Shown here piece after piece: positions 1 through 12,024 of a DNA stretch of 64,000 nucleotides (within the stretch, counting starts at the first letter, position 1; every line of letters begins with the position of its first letter). A program made the position numbers and the translations under genes. The notes under the pieces are model-generated. The model was not told the origin of the DNA, made no database searches, and saw only the letters and a list, made by a program, of their open reading frames with translations. This DNA comes from Azolla caroliniana (Eukaryota > Plantae > Polypodiophyta). Location: positions 12,400,001-12,464,000 of the forward strand of contig JBHGNT010000010.1 in the NCBI GenBank assembly GCA_043228905.1, written 5' to 3'.

Positions 1-248
1 CAATGGATTAGCTAGAAGTAATTGAGTATTCTTAACAAATACAATATATCACTTATCTATTAAATGTGCAAGAACAGAAGGAGCCATGATATAGGCTATA
101 GTTTTCGTACAAGTATTTTACTTGTGAGTTCAATACTCTTGGATAATTCAAATTATAGAACCCAATTATAATCCAATACATGTATGTTATGTCATTAGAC
201 ATATTATAAGGTACCGTCAGGTTTTTTCGTATGATGTGGACATTATGT

Positions 249-321
249 TTACATTGTCGGGACTTGAACCCGAATAGCTCGGGTGAGAGCCGAGTATCCT
301 AACCATCTAGACTACAACGAA
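249..321 (-). pseudogene. Degenerate tRNA-Glu(CTC) copy
   Basis: Reverse complement TTCGTTGTAGTCTAGATGGTTAGGATACTCGGCTCTCACCCGAGCTATTCGGGTTCAAGTCCCGACAATGTAA. The CTC anticodon arm is intact, but the variable loop, T-stem and acceptor stem carry several substitutions relative to the intact copies at 22944 onward. Confidence 0.75.
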
Positions 322-429
322 ATCAATAAAGTTAAACGATTTTTCTCTAAAATAAAATAAAATATCAATTAATCATAAATTGCGGAAACACAAAAGGACA
401 CATGATATCCTAGTCGTGGCTTTGTGGTT

Positions 430-1480
430 CTTGGTTTACTTAAGAAAAGCTTCAAGTACGTTTCCTTTCAAGTGAAATGTGAATCTATCCTCTTGAATGA
501 ATTATCAAGAAATGTCGTTACTTGAATTAAACAATCTACCTCGTACCTTTAATATGACTAAAAATGAGGTTAATCGGCAATTATGTCATAATTTGAAGAA
601 CTTTTCATTAAATTCAAAGAGTCATCGATTAAAATTGTGGTATCCCCTTCCTCAAGGTTACACCTTCAATTACTCTCCTCAACAATCGGGTCAAGGGACC
701 AGTACTGATATATTTGCAAGGATCGGTCATTTTAGAGGGGAAGTTGCTATAGGATTGGGTCCTCAAGTGCTATAGGTTTCTTGTTTTGCTCAGCCCGGTT
801 GGGTGGTTTGAGGCCTCTGCTTGCGTAGGAAGCTCATGTGCTCCCGACCAAAGGCTCACTGATTTGCTGAGGGGATTTGTGACTGATCGGTCATGCGTTA
901 TGTGTGGTTTTGTACGTGAGTCATTGCATCATGTATTTTTGGGAATGTGCTGTCACAAAAAATATTTGGTTTCGAATTCTTAGGCTACTAGGTCGTAAGT
1001 ATAGGTCGGGGATTTTCACGTGGGGTGCAGTTTTCTAGGGAAGGTTGGATCAACAAATGACTTTTTATCATCATCATTATTCTTCCTTGACATTACATGT
1101 GAGAAGTTTTCAGGTATACTCTACTTCATGCTCCTTGCATGGAATCAAGTTTTTCTCCCAGAGTTACGTCTGCCAGATTGTGTCCTCTTTGGCTTTATGG
1201 GTTCTTTGGAAAGCTAGGTGTTCCAAGTTATACAATGATGAAAACATTCACATTGTGGATCAAGTTAAGTCTTTTTGGGACTTATTGGTACATACAATTA
1301 AAGGTGATTATGATAGTTATAAGGGTTCTGGAAACAAAACTAATAAGAAAAGAATGAAAATTCGTAGAGTTTGGTGATTTATTCCTATTATGTTGGATGC
1401 AACCGCTGATGTCAAGTGGAATTACATACCACCTCCTTGGTTGTTCCCGCCACCGGCACCATCTTTATTACAAACAACAT
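430..1480 (+). mobile_element. L1-type LINE ORF2 3' remnant (zf-RVT region), frameshifted
   Basis: ORF pieces CVMCGFVRESLHHVF (CxxC...ES..H.F zinc finger) and LALWVLWKARC are typical of plant L1 ORF2 C-termini. They are split across frames; boundaries approximate. Confidence 0.7.
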
Positions 1481-1739
1481 GACATAACATAGATGAGAGA
1501 TGTTGTTTTTGTCAGGATATGTGATGTTGTTGTGGGGGTTGAAGCAGATTGTCATAACGAGAGGAATTTTTTAGACTCATTTTTTTGTTGTTCGTACATG
1601 ATGTTGGTGGTAGTTGGCGACATGGCAAGTTGGTCGGCAAGATGTTGATGTGGGTGGAATGAAGAATATTTTAGTTTTCTTAGGGATTGCAACAAACATG
1701 ATCTAGTTGTCGTTTTTGTCACGTAGTTATTTGTCTTTA

Positions 1740-2480
1740 TAGCATATTGCCATGATGAGAGGATGAGTGTTGATGGTGTGGGGGCTGAAGCAAATATATG
1801 AGGGGATGAGAATACATTCTATACTCATTTTGGTGTTATTTATACAGGAACTTGGTGGTAATCGGCGAGATGGTTGATGTGGACTTAAGTAGCAAATTAT
1901 TTTGAGGGATAAGGATGAGTGAATATGGCATGGGGGTTGACGCATATTATAATGAGTAGGTGAGAAAATTGTTTACACTAAAATTTTGTTGTCTATACAG
2001 GATGTTGATGGCAATCGGTGAGATGGCAAGTTGGTTGATGTGGACTTAAGAAACAAATTCTTTTGAGTGATATGAGTGAAGATGGTGTGAGGTTTGAAGC
2101 AGATTATCATGAGTAGGCGAGGAAATTGTTTACACTAAATGTTTGTTGTCTATACAGGATATTGATGGAAATCGGTGACATGGTGAGCTCGAGCTATTGA
2201 ACGAAGAAGATTTATGTTGATCATTAGGACGAGTGATGTTGATGTGGTGGTAGGGATTGAAGCATATGAATAATGAATATCGACATGATGAGAGGATGAG
2301 TGATGATGGTGTGGGAACCGAAGTAGATCATGAGGGGATGAGGAAACACTCTAGATTTATTTTGTTTGTTATTTGTATAGGAAAGTGGTGATAATCGATG
2401 AGATGGTTGATGCGGACTTCATGAATAAATTTTTTTTGTGGGATAAGGATGAGTGAAGATGGTGTGGGGGACAAAGCATG
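1740..2480. repeat. Degenerate tandem repeat, roughly 170-190 bp units
   Basis: Recurring motifs gatgagaggatgagtg..gatggtgtgggg, tatacagga, aatcgg.gagatgg, gttgatgtggactt, ggataaggatgagtgaa. Confidence 0.55.
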
Positions 2481-2729
2481 TTTTTTTGAGGTTATGATAA
2501 ATCGAAAGTCGACATGGCTAATGTGAGAATATGAAAGTTGTGATAAACCGGGTTGTTGATGGATTATTCTCTTCTTGTGATAAAGTTGATTGTTGAGGGG
2601 TTGTGGAGATGAAGTAATTCCAAGTGCATGTGTATCATGGTAGGTTTGTTGTCTACAAATGCAACATTTGTAACAGGTGTTGAAGAACAACGATTTCCCA
2701 AGATCTTGTGATGCAAGTCAATGAAAAAA

Positions 2730-3133
2730 CGATAACGTCGTTGTTGCATGGGTCTGGCGTCTTGCTTCAGATGAATTTGGTGTTGGTAATAGTGAAGGTC
2801 AAGGCCTTTTCATATTGCTATAAGACAAGGAGAAGATGTCTCGATAGTCAGATAGCAAGGTCATCAATGTCGAACGCTCGGCGGGCGCGAGCTCCTTTGC
2901 TATTTTTAGCGATCGCGGCTCCTTGATTGTGCCGTGATTATTTCTTTGAGTGTCGAAGCCTTCACTCATTGAGAGATTGCTAATTCTCGTTCTAGGGCTT
3001 TGTGGGCATGCCGGAGTTCCTCTACTATCTTCAGTTAGGTTCTCGGCTGACATCCTGATCCTCCCCAGCTATAGGGGTTGACAACTTCGACAATGTCGAT
3101 ATCGAACAGGGGTATGATCTTTGGGTGATCATC
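2730..3133 (-). mobile_element. Old Tat/Ogre-like Ty3/Gypsy pol remnant (protease-RT linker), host site of the Tcn1-like insertion
   Basis: Minus-strand peptide EPRSLKIAKELAPAERSTLMTLLSDYRDIFSLSYSNMK, followed after a frameshift by HQIHLKQDARPMQQRRYR, resembles the pre-RT region of Tat-like elements. Confidence 0.55.
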
Positions 3134-3428
3134 TGTCATGATATGGCAAGACTCGAACCCATGACCTTAGGCTATATGGGTCGAGCTCTTGACCATTAGA
3201 TCATCTATTGTAATACGTAGAATATTATTTTCATTTACATTTTATTATAGGAAATTAAGGTATATTCCAAATTTCTCTGGAACATTCTAGAAGCTTCAGG
3301 ATTACTCCTGAAAACACCATAAAAGAGGGCACTATGCATTATGTTGAACCAAATTTGTTCAACGCCAGTCTTAAGCCTTTTAGCCACCATTGTATATTCT
3401 CTTCTCATAATATATATCTTTCTTATCA

Positions 3429-3466
<38 letters not shown>

Positions 3467-3644
3467 CATCTCTCTCACTTCTTCCTTCACTCAAAGAAGT
3501 TCTACACCTCTCATAGTACTAATCCTTCGTTTAGTACTAATTCCTTCTCTGTTTTAGTACTGTTCCTGACAGTTTGAACCAATTTTCCTACCTTCTGTCT
3601 CTCTCATTTCCTACTAATCTCTTATTCCTCTTTTCTTTCATCCC

Positions 3645-4795
3645 ATGGCCACTGTTAGTGTTGAAGAATATCAATCTGTTTTCTCGGAATTTCAATGCTT
3701 GAAAGAGAAGTTCCATGCTTTGGAACAAGAAAACCAACGGTTGTTGGGAGATCTTCAGCAAATCTCCTTAGAAAAGCAGCAAACGCAACAACAACATGGG
3801 GAACTTGCGTTACGCGTGCAACAACTCGAAGCAACCATCGTAGCGATGCAACAACAAGGGCCCGGAACACAAGGGATTCATAAAGAACCCAAGATTGGCC
3901 TTCCCACGAAGTTTGATGGAACGCGATCGCAATTTAGAGGGTTCCTTAACCAGGTACGATTAGTTATTCAAATGCATCCTTCCCGATATCCCACCGATGC
4001 ATCACAAGTGGGTTTAGTAGGCACATTGTTAAGTGGCTCAGCATTGGCATGGTTCGCTCCACTTTTAGAAAAGGAATCTCCATTACTCAACAATTTTGAA
4101 GAGTTTCTAGGTGAGTTTAAAGCATGTTTCGGAGATACTGACAGCATCAAGACCGCAATCAATGAAATTCGGCGATTACACCAAGGTGACCATCCAGCCT
4201 CCGCATACGCTATAGATTTTCGCCTACTTGCCGCAGATATCCCTTGGGATGATCAAGCGTTGATGGAGCAATTCCGTTATGGTTACGCAACGACGTCAAG
4301 GATTTACTCTTGACCTTCCCCGAAGAGCCAAAGTCCTTAACAGAAGCAATCAGTCGCGCGGTGAGATGTGACAACCGCCTCTTTGAGCGACGTTCGGAAC
4401 AACAGCTACAGATGCCGAGGGCAAGATCAGAGCCCACCTACGCCTCAGTGGTAGCAAGACCTTTTCCGAGGGAGTCATATAATGCGCCTCCAGCGAATAC
4501 TCCGACTCCGATGGAGATTGACACTACACGTCGTCGAGGGCCATTATCCGAAGAAGAAAAGCAGTGACGCCGTACAAATCGACTATGTCTGTACTGCGGT
4601 GGACCAAGACATATTGCAATAAATTGCCTCCATAGGCCAAGAAGATAGGTAAACCAAATAGTCGCTAGTTCTAATTGTACTAAACCCAAGCCTATTTTAG
4701 TAGGGATATCTTATAGTCCTAATAGTACTAATAGCCCAGATCTAGCGAACAAATTCGATGTCCTTAATCAGTTAGAAGAAGAGTTAAACGACTAA
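3645..4795 (+). pseudogene. gag: gag of Tcn1-like copy 1 (frameshift near 4285, premature TGA 4565-4567)
   Basis: PTKFDGTRSQFRGFLNQ, retrotransposon gag core, PTPMEID motif, CLYCGGPRHIAINC zinc knuckle; collinear with copy 3. Confidence 0.9.
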
Positions 4796-7700
4796 GTCCA
4801 GCCAAAATAGGAGCCGTTTGGTTGGACATCCCTAGATCTGTGCAGCCCATTAGTGGTTCCATTCCCTCTAAGCAAGTTAGTGATGTGTTCGTAGCCCAAG
4901 TAATAGTTAGTACTAAAAGTACCCCTCCAATACATGTCCTAGCACTCCTAGATTCCGGAGCTAACTCTTGCTTTATGGATAAGAAATTTGCTCAAGCTCA
5001 TAAGATATCCCTAAGAAAACTCCAGTGTCCAGCCTCTGTAGTAGTCATTGATGGACGTCCCATTGCTTCCGGAAATATCATAGAAGAGTCAAAGCCCATT
5101 AATATTGTCCTATATAACTTAGCATGTGTAGTATCATTTAATATTATTAGTATCCCAGAACATCCTATAGTTTTAGGATTACCGTGGTTCGAGTTACATA
5201 ACCCAAAAATAGATTGGAGAACAAGAGAAATCCGGTGTCGACAAACCCAAGGGTCAACTCACAAGATGGCAACCATTTCGCTACGTCAGTTGCGTAAAGA
5301 AGGGCGCAAGGAGGAAATGTTCCTCTTTGCAATATCAGTAAACCCCTCCAGCACCACTAAAGAAGAATCCACCGTTCAACTTCCCGAGAAGTATCGTTAT
5401 TACGCCGATGTGTTCAATAAAGTACAAGCCAACACACTTCCTCATCATCGACCGTACGATTGCCCCATCGATTTACAACCATGAAAAGAGCCGCCATGGG
5501 GACCGATCTACAATTTGTCACCAACCGTGCTGGAAGTCCTTCGGGACTATATAGAGGAGAATTTGGAAAATGGTTTCATTCGGCATTCGAAATCTCCAGC
5601 CAGTGCGCCCATTTTCTTCGTCAAGAAAAAGGATGGATCGCTTCATCTCGTTGTAGATTACCGTGGCTTGAATAAGGTTACAATCAGGAATAGGTATGCT
5701 CTTCCCCTTATCTCAAGTCTTTTAGAACGGATCAATGGTGCCAGGTTCTTCACGAAGATCAACTTACGGGGAGCATATAACCTCGTACAGATCCGACCAG
5801 GAGACGAATGGAAGACCGCGTTTTGCACCAGATATGGGCACTTCGAGTATACGGTCATGCCGTTCGGCCTCACTAATGCGCCGGAAGTCTTCCAGCACAT
5901 GGCTAATGATATATTCCGAGATCTATTGGATGATTGTTTGATCATCTATTTGGATGATCTACTGGTTTATTCAAAGACCCAAGAAGAACATGATTCTGAT
6001 GTACTATTAGTACTAAAACGACTTCGAGAACATGGTCTGTATGCAAAGCTGGAAAAATGTAGTTTCGGGTGCAACCAAGTAGAATTTCTCGGCTACATCA
6101 TTTCGTCAGAAGGCATCTCCATGGACCCAGCTAAGGTCAAAACGGTGGTAGAATGGCAGACTCCGCGTTCGGTGCGGGATGTGCAATGCTTCCTAGGCTT
6201 TGCCAATTTTTACCAGAAGTTGATCATACAAGATTACTCAAAGATCGTTCTACCTCTCACACAACTTACCAGGAAGGGACAACCGTTCATTTGGTCTGAA
6301 GAAACGGACATGGCTTTCGAGAGTCTTAAAAAGGCATTTACATCGGCTCCAATTCTAGCTCATGTTGATCCGGAAAAACCATTCATTATCGAAGCTAACG
6401 CATCGGATTTTGCATTGGGGAGCATTCTGTCACAACAGGGGAATGATGAGAAGCTACATCCCGTGGCTTTTCACTCACGCAATTTTGACGCCGCCGAAAT
6501 CAACTACGAAATTCATGATAAGGAGCTATTGGCAACGGTGGATTCTTTTATGCAATGGAGGCATTTTCTGGAGGGATCCTCTCATCCAGTCACTGTATTT
6601 AGTGACCACAAGAATCTTGCCTACTTTCAGGATGCTCGTGTGTTGAATCGACGTCAAGCTCGGTGGGCCCACTTCCTCACGCGTTTCGACTTCAAAATTA
6701 CATATCGTCCGGGGAAGCACCAAGGGAAGGCAGATGCATTATCACGGCGTTCATATCTAGCACCCCGTCTCGGCGAGCCAGCTTTCGATAACCAAAAACA
6801 AGTCATCTTGGGACCGGCACGACTTCAAGCAACACAGATCTTTGACATGCCCATGGATTCCCGCGTTATCGATACCATACGTGAAGACTTGAAGACAAAT
6901 GCGTTCGCCCAAGCTATACTAGCACAAATTGATCCCTCTCAAGCGTCATGTTCAGAGTCGCAACCACCAAGTACGGACTATCGGCAATTCAAATACCATG
7001 ATGGATTACTCTTCTTTAAAGAACTTTTGTATGTTCCTAATGGTTCTTGCCGCCTTCGAGTAGTACAAAACTGTCATGACACATATACAACTGGGCATTT
7101 TTGGTAGTACGAAAACATTAGATTTAGTATAACGATCATTCTGGTGGCCCTATATGCGACAATTTGTCGATGATTTGTTCGGACTTGTGATACATGCTGT
7201 AGAACAAAAATGCCAAGGCATCATCCATATGGTTTATTAGAACCATTACCAATTCCAAGCAAGTCGTGGCAATCCATTGCTCTAGACTTCATCACAGATC
7301 TTCCAGTCTCTAAGGGGTTCAATGCGATTCTAACGGTGGTCGATCGATATACGAAGATGGCTCATTTCTTGCCATGTACTAAGGAGATCTCCAGTGAAGA
7401 CACTGCCGAAATTGTCATGCGTGAAGTATGTCGGCATCATGAACTTCCCGATAGTATCATCAGCGACCGTGGAACCCAGTTCGTGTCAAAATTCTGGAAA
7501 CACCTTTTTAACATGCTCAATGTCACTTGTAACCTCTCCTTCGGCTACCACCCACAAACCGACGGCCAAGCTGAACGAACAAATCAAACGTTGGAGCAGT
7601 ATCTGCGGTGCTTTCTCAGCTATCATCAGGATGACTGGGCATATATTCTCCACTTCGCTGAATTTGCCTATAACAACTCTATCCACGCATCCACTAAAGT

Positions 7701-8382
7701 TACACCATTTTATGCTTATACGGGATGTCACCCCCGGTGGAGTGTACTTGAAACCCGAGAGGTGTCCACAAATCCGTGCGCGGAGGATTGTTTGGAGCAG
7801 TTACGCAAGATACAAGTGGATTTATCTACTCATCTCCAACAAGCTCAACAAACACACAAGGTCTACGCGGATCGTCATCGACTTCCATCCAGTTTTAATA
7901 TTGGAGATTGGGTGTGGCTGCTACGACGACACATCAAGACTACTCGCCCATGTGAGAAGTTGGATTATCGGCGATTAGGTCCTTTAAGTATTATCAGAAA
8001 GATTAATGATGTCGCTTTTCGTCTCGATCTACCTCCTCAACTTCGGATACATCCGAGGTTTCATAGTTCTCTCCTCGAACCCTATCACGAGAGCACCATC
8101 CTAGGACGTCTTATACAACCTCCACCCCCGATCGAGCTTGAAGATGGGCCGGAGTACGAGGTTGCCGCCATCCTTGATTCCAAGATTGTTCGCAACAAGC
8201 TCTACTATCTAGTCGATTGGCTAGGCTATAGCCCCAACGAACGTACTTGGGAACCGATCGAGAATGTGACCAATGCTCGTGCTCTTCTTAAAGACTTCCA
8301 TCGTCAATATCCACACAAACCGGGTTCTCAATCCAAGACGACTTGTGACACTCGTCGTTTTAAAGGAGGGATAGTGTCATGA
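4796..8382 (+). pseudogene. pol: pol of Tcn1-like copy 1 (protease, RT, RNase H, integrase, chromodomain; stop at 5482-5484 and frameshifts near 7100-7180)
   Basis: LLDSGANSCF protease, [18 protein letters not shown] RNase H, SDRG.QF / QTDGQAERTNQ integrase, EYEVAAILDS...YLVDWLGY...TWEP chromodomain. Confidence 0.93.
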
Positions 8383-8669
8383 TATGGCAAGACTCGAACC
8401 TATGACCTTAGGTTATATGGGTCGAGCTCTTGACCATTAGATCATCTATTGTAATACGTAGGATATTATTTTCATTTACATTTTATTATAGGAAATTAGT
8501 GTATATTCCAGATTTCTCTAGAACATTCTAGAAGCTTTAGGATTACTCCTAAAAACACTATAAAAGAGGGCACTAGGCATTATGTTGAACCAAATTGGTT
8601 CAACGCCAGTCTTAAGCCTTTTAACCACCATTGTATATTCTCTTCTCATAATACATATCTTTCTTATCA

Positions 8670-8731
<62 letters not shown>

Positions 8732-9189
8732 CGTCTCGCTCACTTATTCCTTCTCTATCTTAGTATTGTTCCTGACATCATCGAGGTAGCTATCTGGTAC
8801 ACAAAATAATAGTCATCATTAGCATGCATGTCAAAGACCGGTTTAGTGATTGTGGATAATTTATTGCAGAAGAGTTCGAAGGAAATATTAAAGGCTATTC
8901 CTCATGTTTGTTTGAAGGAAATGAATTATCTTTAATTACAAACATTGGATTGTTGGACAATTTTGTATATTGCCTTTGGCCATTTTCATTTTAATACCAA
9001 TGGAGTATATTTAATAAAATAAAATAAAATAAAATAAAGAGAAGAAAAAAAAAATTAAAAAAAGTAAAAGCAAAATTTAATCTTTTCAAAAGTTGTTGCA
9101 CAATGATGCTATATAAGCAGCGCAAATAATGATGTGTTTTGGCATCACTACTAGCTTATTTTGATGTAGTGACATGTTTAAAATATGTT

Positions 9190-9405
9190 CATGCAAGCAC
9201 ATATATAGAACACATGATGACACATACACAAAGATACATACATATCCACACAAATAAACATACATATACACACACATATATCATTACACTTACATGCACT
9301 TATAACATGTAGATACATACACGCATGCCATACATAAAATATATACAACACATGCAATACAATACAATATATATATACACACATATATTGAACATACATG
9401 TGTTT
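9190..9405. repeat. Degenerate (CA)/(TA) low-complexity tract
   Basis: Run of acatat/acacac/atacat motifs. Confidence 0.7.
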
Positions 9406-9614
9406 TCTATGTAAGGGCATTTAAAATGAGTTGTTGTCAAAATATATATTTGCACTAAGTGGTATTTTTATTAACTGTTTTTTTACAAAAGGGTCTCTAT
9501 AATAATAATAAACATACGGGTAAGGGGTTTATAAAAGATGTCATGAATGCATGTGATATAACCTCTTTATATATAATGGAGGCCCCGGGCTATATAAAGG
9601 ATCCGTAGGTAGAG

Positions 9615-10877
9615 GTTGCCAACCCGACATTGATTTATTGTGACAACCTCAACAGTATCCAATTAGTGAAGAACCCTGTCTTCCATGCTCAAACGAAGTA
9701 CATCAAAGTACATTACCACTTCGTGCGCAAGTGAGTTCTCTCTGGTGAAGTGGAATTGGTGTATGTTCTGACGGATCGACAGATGGCCTATGTCTTCACC
9801 AATTCTCTCATACTTGACAAGTTGTGGCAATTCCCGGGTATGCTTGGTCTACAACACCTCGACTTACCGAACTTGAGGGGGAGAGTCGAAGGGAGACTTG
9901 ATGAGAGAGTTGAACACGAGAAAGTCAAATCGGCCAAGGAAGCCGAATCAGACAATAGAACAATTAAAAGAAGATTGGCTAAGGGAAGATCGATTGCAGG
10001 AGGGAGCGACCAAATGAGCGAGCCCAAGCTAGTTGAACATAAGGGCAGAGCCAAAAAAGAGAAGGAAGTTGAAAAGTCTTGGGCCGAGATAGCCAAAGGT
10101 CATATTGAAGACGAATCAGAGACAACCAAATTGGTTAACAATGTAGACTAATCAGAGATAACCGATTCAGATGAGAGGAATGATTAGGACGAGCCAAATC
10201 ATATGAAGGCCAAATGGATGAGGAGGAAGCTCAAGCCGATGCTGATACGGAGGAGCCAATAGGTCGAAGGGCGCTAAATCTGCAGAGCCAAGGAGAAGGC
10301 TGTCGAGGGTCTTAGGAATAGACAAGCTGACCAGATGGGTCAAGGAGCATAGGACCGGACGGGTCATGGAGTGCGGGCCAGGAGGCAAGATGACAAAAAG
10401 AGTGGAAGAAGAAACCTCAAGTTGAGCTTGAGGGGAAGCGTTGAGAGACAAGCACAACATGAAGCCGGACCGGTTGAAGGATCAGCTACCGAAGCCAATA
10501 GCTGGATCAGTGGGAGGTCAGATACCTGATTGGCTCAAGAAGCTGACAACTGGATAACCCAAGAGAGCCGACAGATCGTTAGGGCCTATATTCCTATGTT
10601 TAGTGATAGGAATATATTAGGTATAGTCAATGTCAGACGCTCCTATGTGAGCATTAAACTACTTGCCAGTATTTGTGTTAGCCCACTATCAGCGCTTGTA
10701 TAAAGAGTGCTCACTGAGCACATCTTGATGTACATAGTATTATTATTTTGAATATAGTTTGTGTCTGCTCATCTCTGTCTCTGTCTCTCCCTCTCTGTGT
10801 ATACCTAATTGTCCTTTGCTGTCCGGTTGAGTCGGTTGTGTCTTGTGTACAAGCTTCCGCATATGCAACTCTTTTCA
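9615..10877 (+). mobile_element. Ty1/Copia 3' remnant: RNase H end, extended C-terminal region, PPT and 3' LTR (10439-10877)
   Basis: IYCDNLNSIQLVKNPVFHAQTKYIKVHYHFVR, DRQMAYVFT. PPT gaggggaag precedes a (c)gttgagagacaagcacaac LTR start related to the LTRs at 17881 and 31166; LTR ends ...ctcttttca. Confidence 0.85.
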
Positions 10878-10904
10878 TTTATCAACCAGGTTTGGACTAC
10901 ATAT

Positions 10905-10992
10905 ACAAATACGACAAGATCAAGAACATGGAGTCGACTACGACAAGATCTTCTCTCCTATAGTGAAGATGTCGACCCTTCGGCTCCTACCC
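10905..10992 (+). mobile_element. Small Copia RT fragment
   Basis: Peptide QEHGVDYDKIFSPIVKMSTLRLL, similar to QEYGVDFDEIFSPVVKMTTLRFL in the Copia at 54526-56043. Confidence 0.7.
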
Positions 10993-11874
10993 AATAATTG
11001 GGAGAGGGTCAAAGTATGCTTGGATATTTTTTTCTTACCTCGACGTAAGCTAGACATTTGCATGTAAAATGGTACTTGTTCTCTATTGTTATGTAACATG
11101 ATCTACATATCATTTTCTCTATGGAACTCCATTAGCACAACCATTTTTAATCTCAAGTTGATGGGATGATACTCTAAGTTGTCCAATGACAAACCCTTAG
11201 TACATGTGGTAAGGACATATCTAGATATTTTGGTCATATATGAAACCCAACTCAGAGTACTTGCATGAAAATGTTCCTTATAGTAAAACATTTTAGATGG
11301 GTGTGGTTCTAATGGGTTGATCCATTTATTCGAGTTTAAATTTGCCATATTACTTAGCCTACCACTTAATTATAGTTCCTATGATTAAAGTAGGCCATTT
11401 TCGAAGCAAGAACAAATATTGAATACCCCCCCCCCCTCCCCCAGGAGAGTGAGTGAGTATATATGTATATTATAGACAATAAAAGAATAACAAATATTGA
11501 ATAACCCACAAATTAAATTTAAATTGTGAGTCGCGCAACAACAGCATCATCATCATCATCATCAATAATGAATTACATTATGTATGTACATAATGTATGT
11601 ACATACATACTCAATGAATGCATAAATGGATGGAATACCTCCTCTATTATTATTATTATTCTTATTTGTTTCTCTATTATTGGGGAAGGAGAAGGAGAAG
11701 GAGAAGGAGAAGGAGTACCTTTTCTTAACTTTTTGACTGTCTCTATCTTCCTCCCTCTTCCTCCCCCTTCAGATCTCTCTGATCCATCTTTCTGTCTGCA
11801 TTTACAGCTAAGCTACATCTACCTAGGGTTTCTTCCTCTCCAGATCTATTTCTTTCTTCTTCTCTACAGAAATT

Positions 11875-11967
11875 ATGACTACTCGCAATGGAGGCGGTGG
11901 CAGCGGATTCTTTTCCTCCATCACTTCCAGTTTCTCAAGCCTCGGCAATGCGATGCACAAGTCAGTG

Positions 11968-12024
<57 letters not shown>

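Larger units (their letters stand above)
3134..8777 (+). mobile_element. Full-length Tcn1-like Ty3/Gypsy chromovirus, copy 1 (decayed)
   Basis: LTRs 3134-3571 and 8375-8777 with TG...CA ends, 5-bp TSD TCATC on both sides, PPT aaaggagggatag 8362-8374, order gag-PR-RT-RH-INT-chromodomain. About 14 substitutions by eye in the first ~295 bp of the LTRs. Confidence 0.97.

Noticed and set aside
3334-3577. SLSLSL/ERERER ORFs here and at 8582, 11526, 11823, 18027, 46252
   Set aside because: Translations of (CT)n microsatellites in LTRs and introns.
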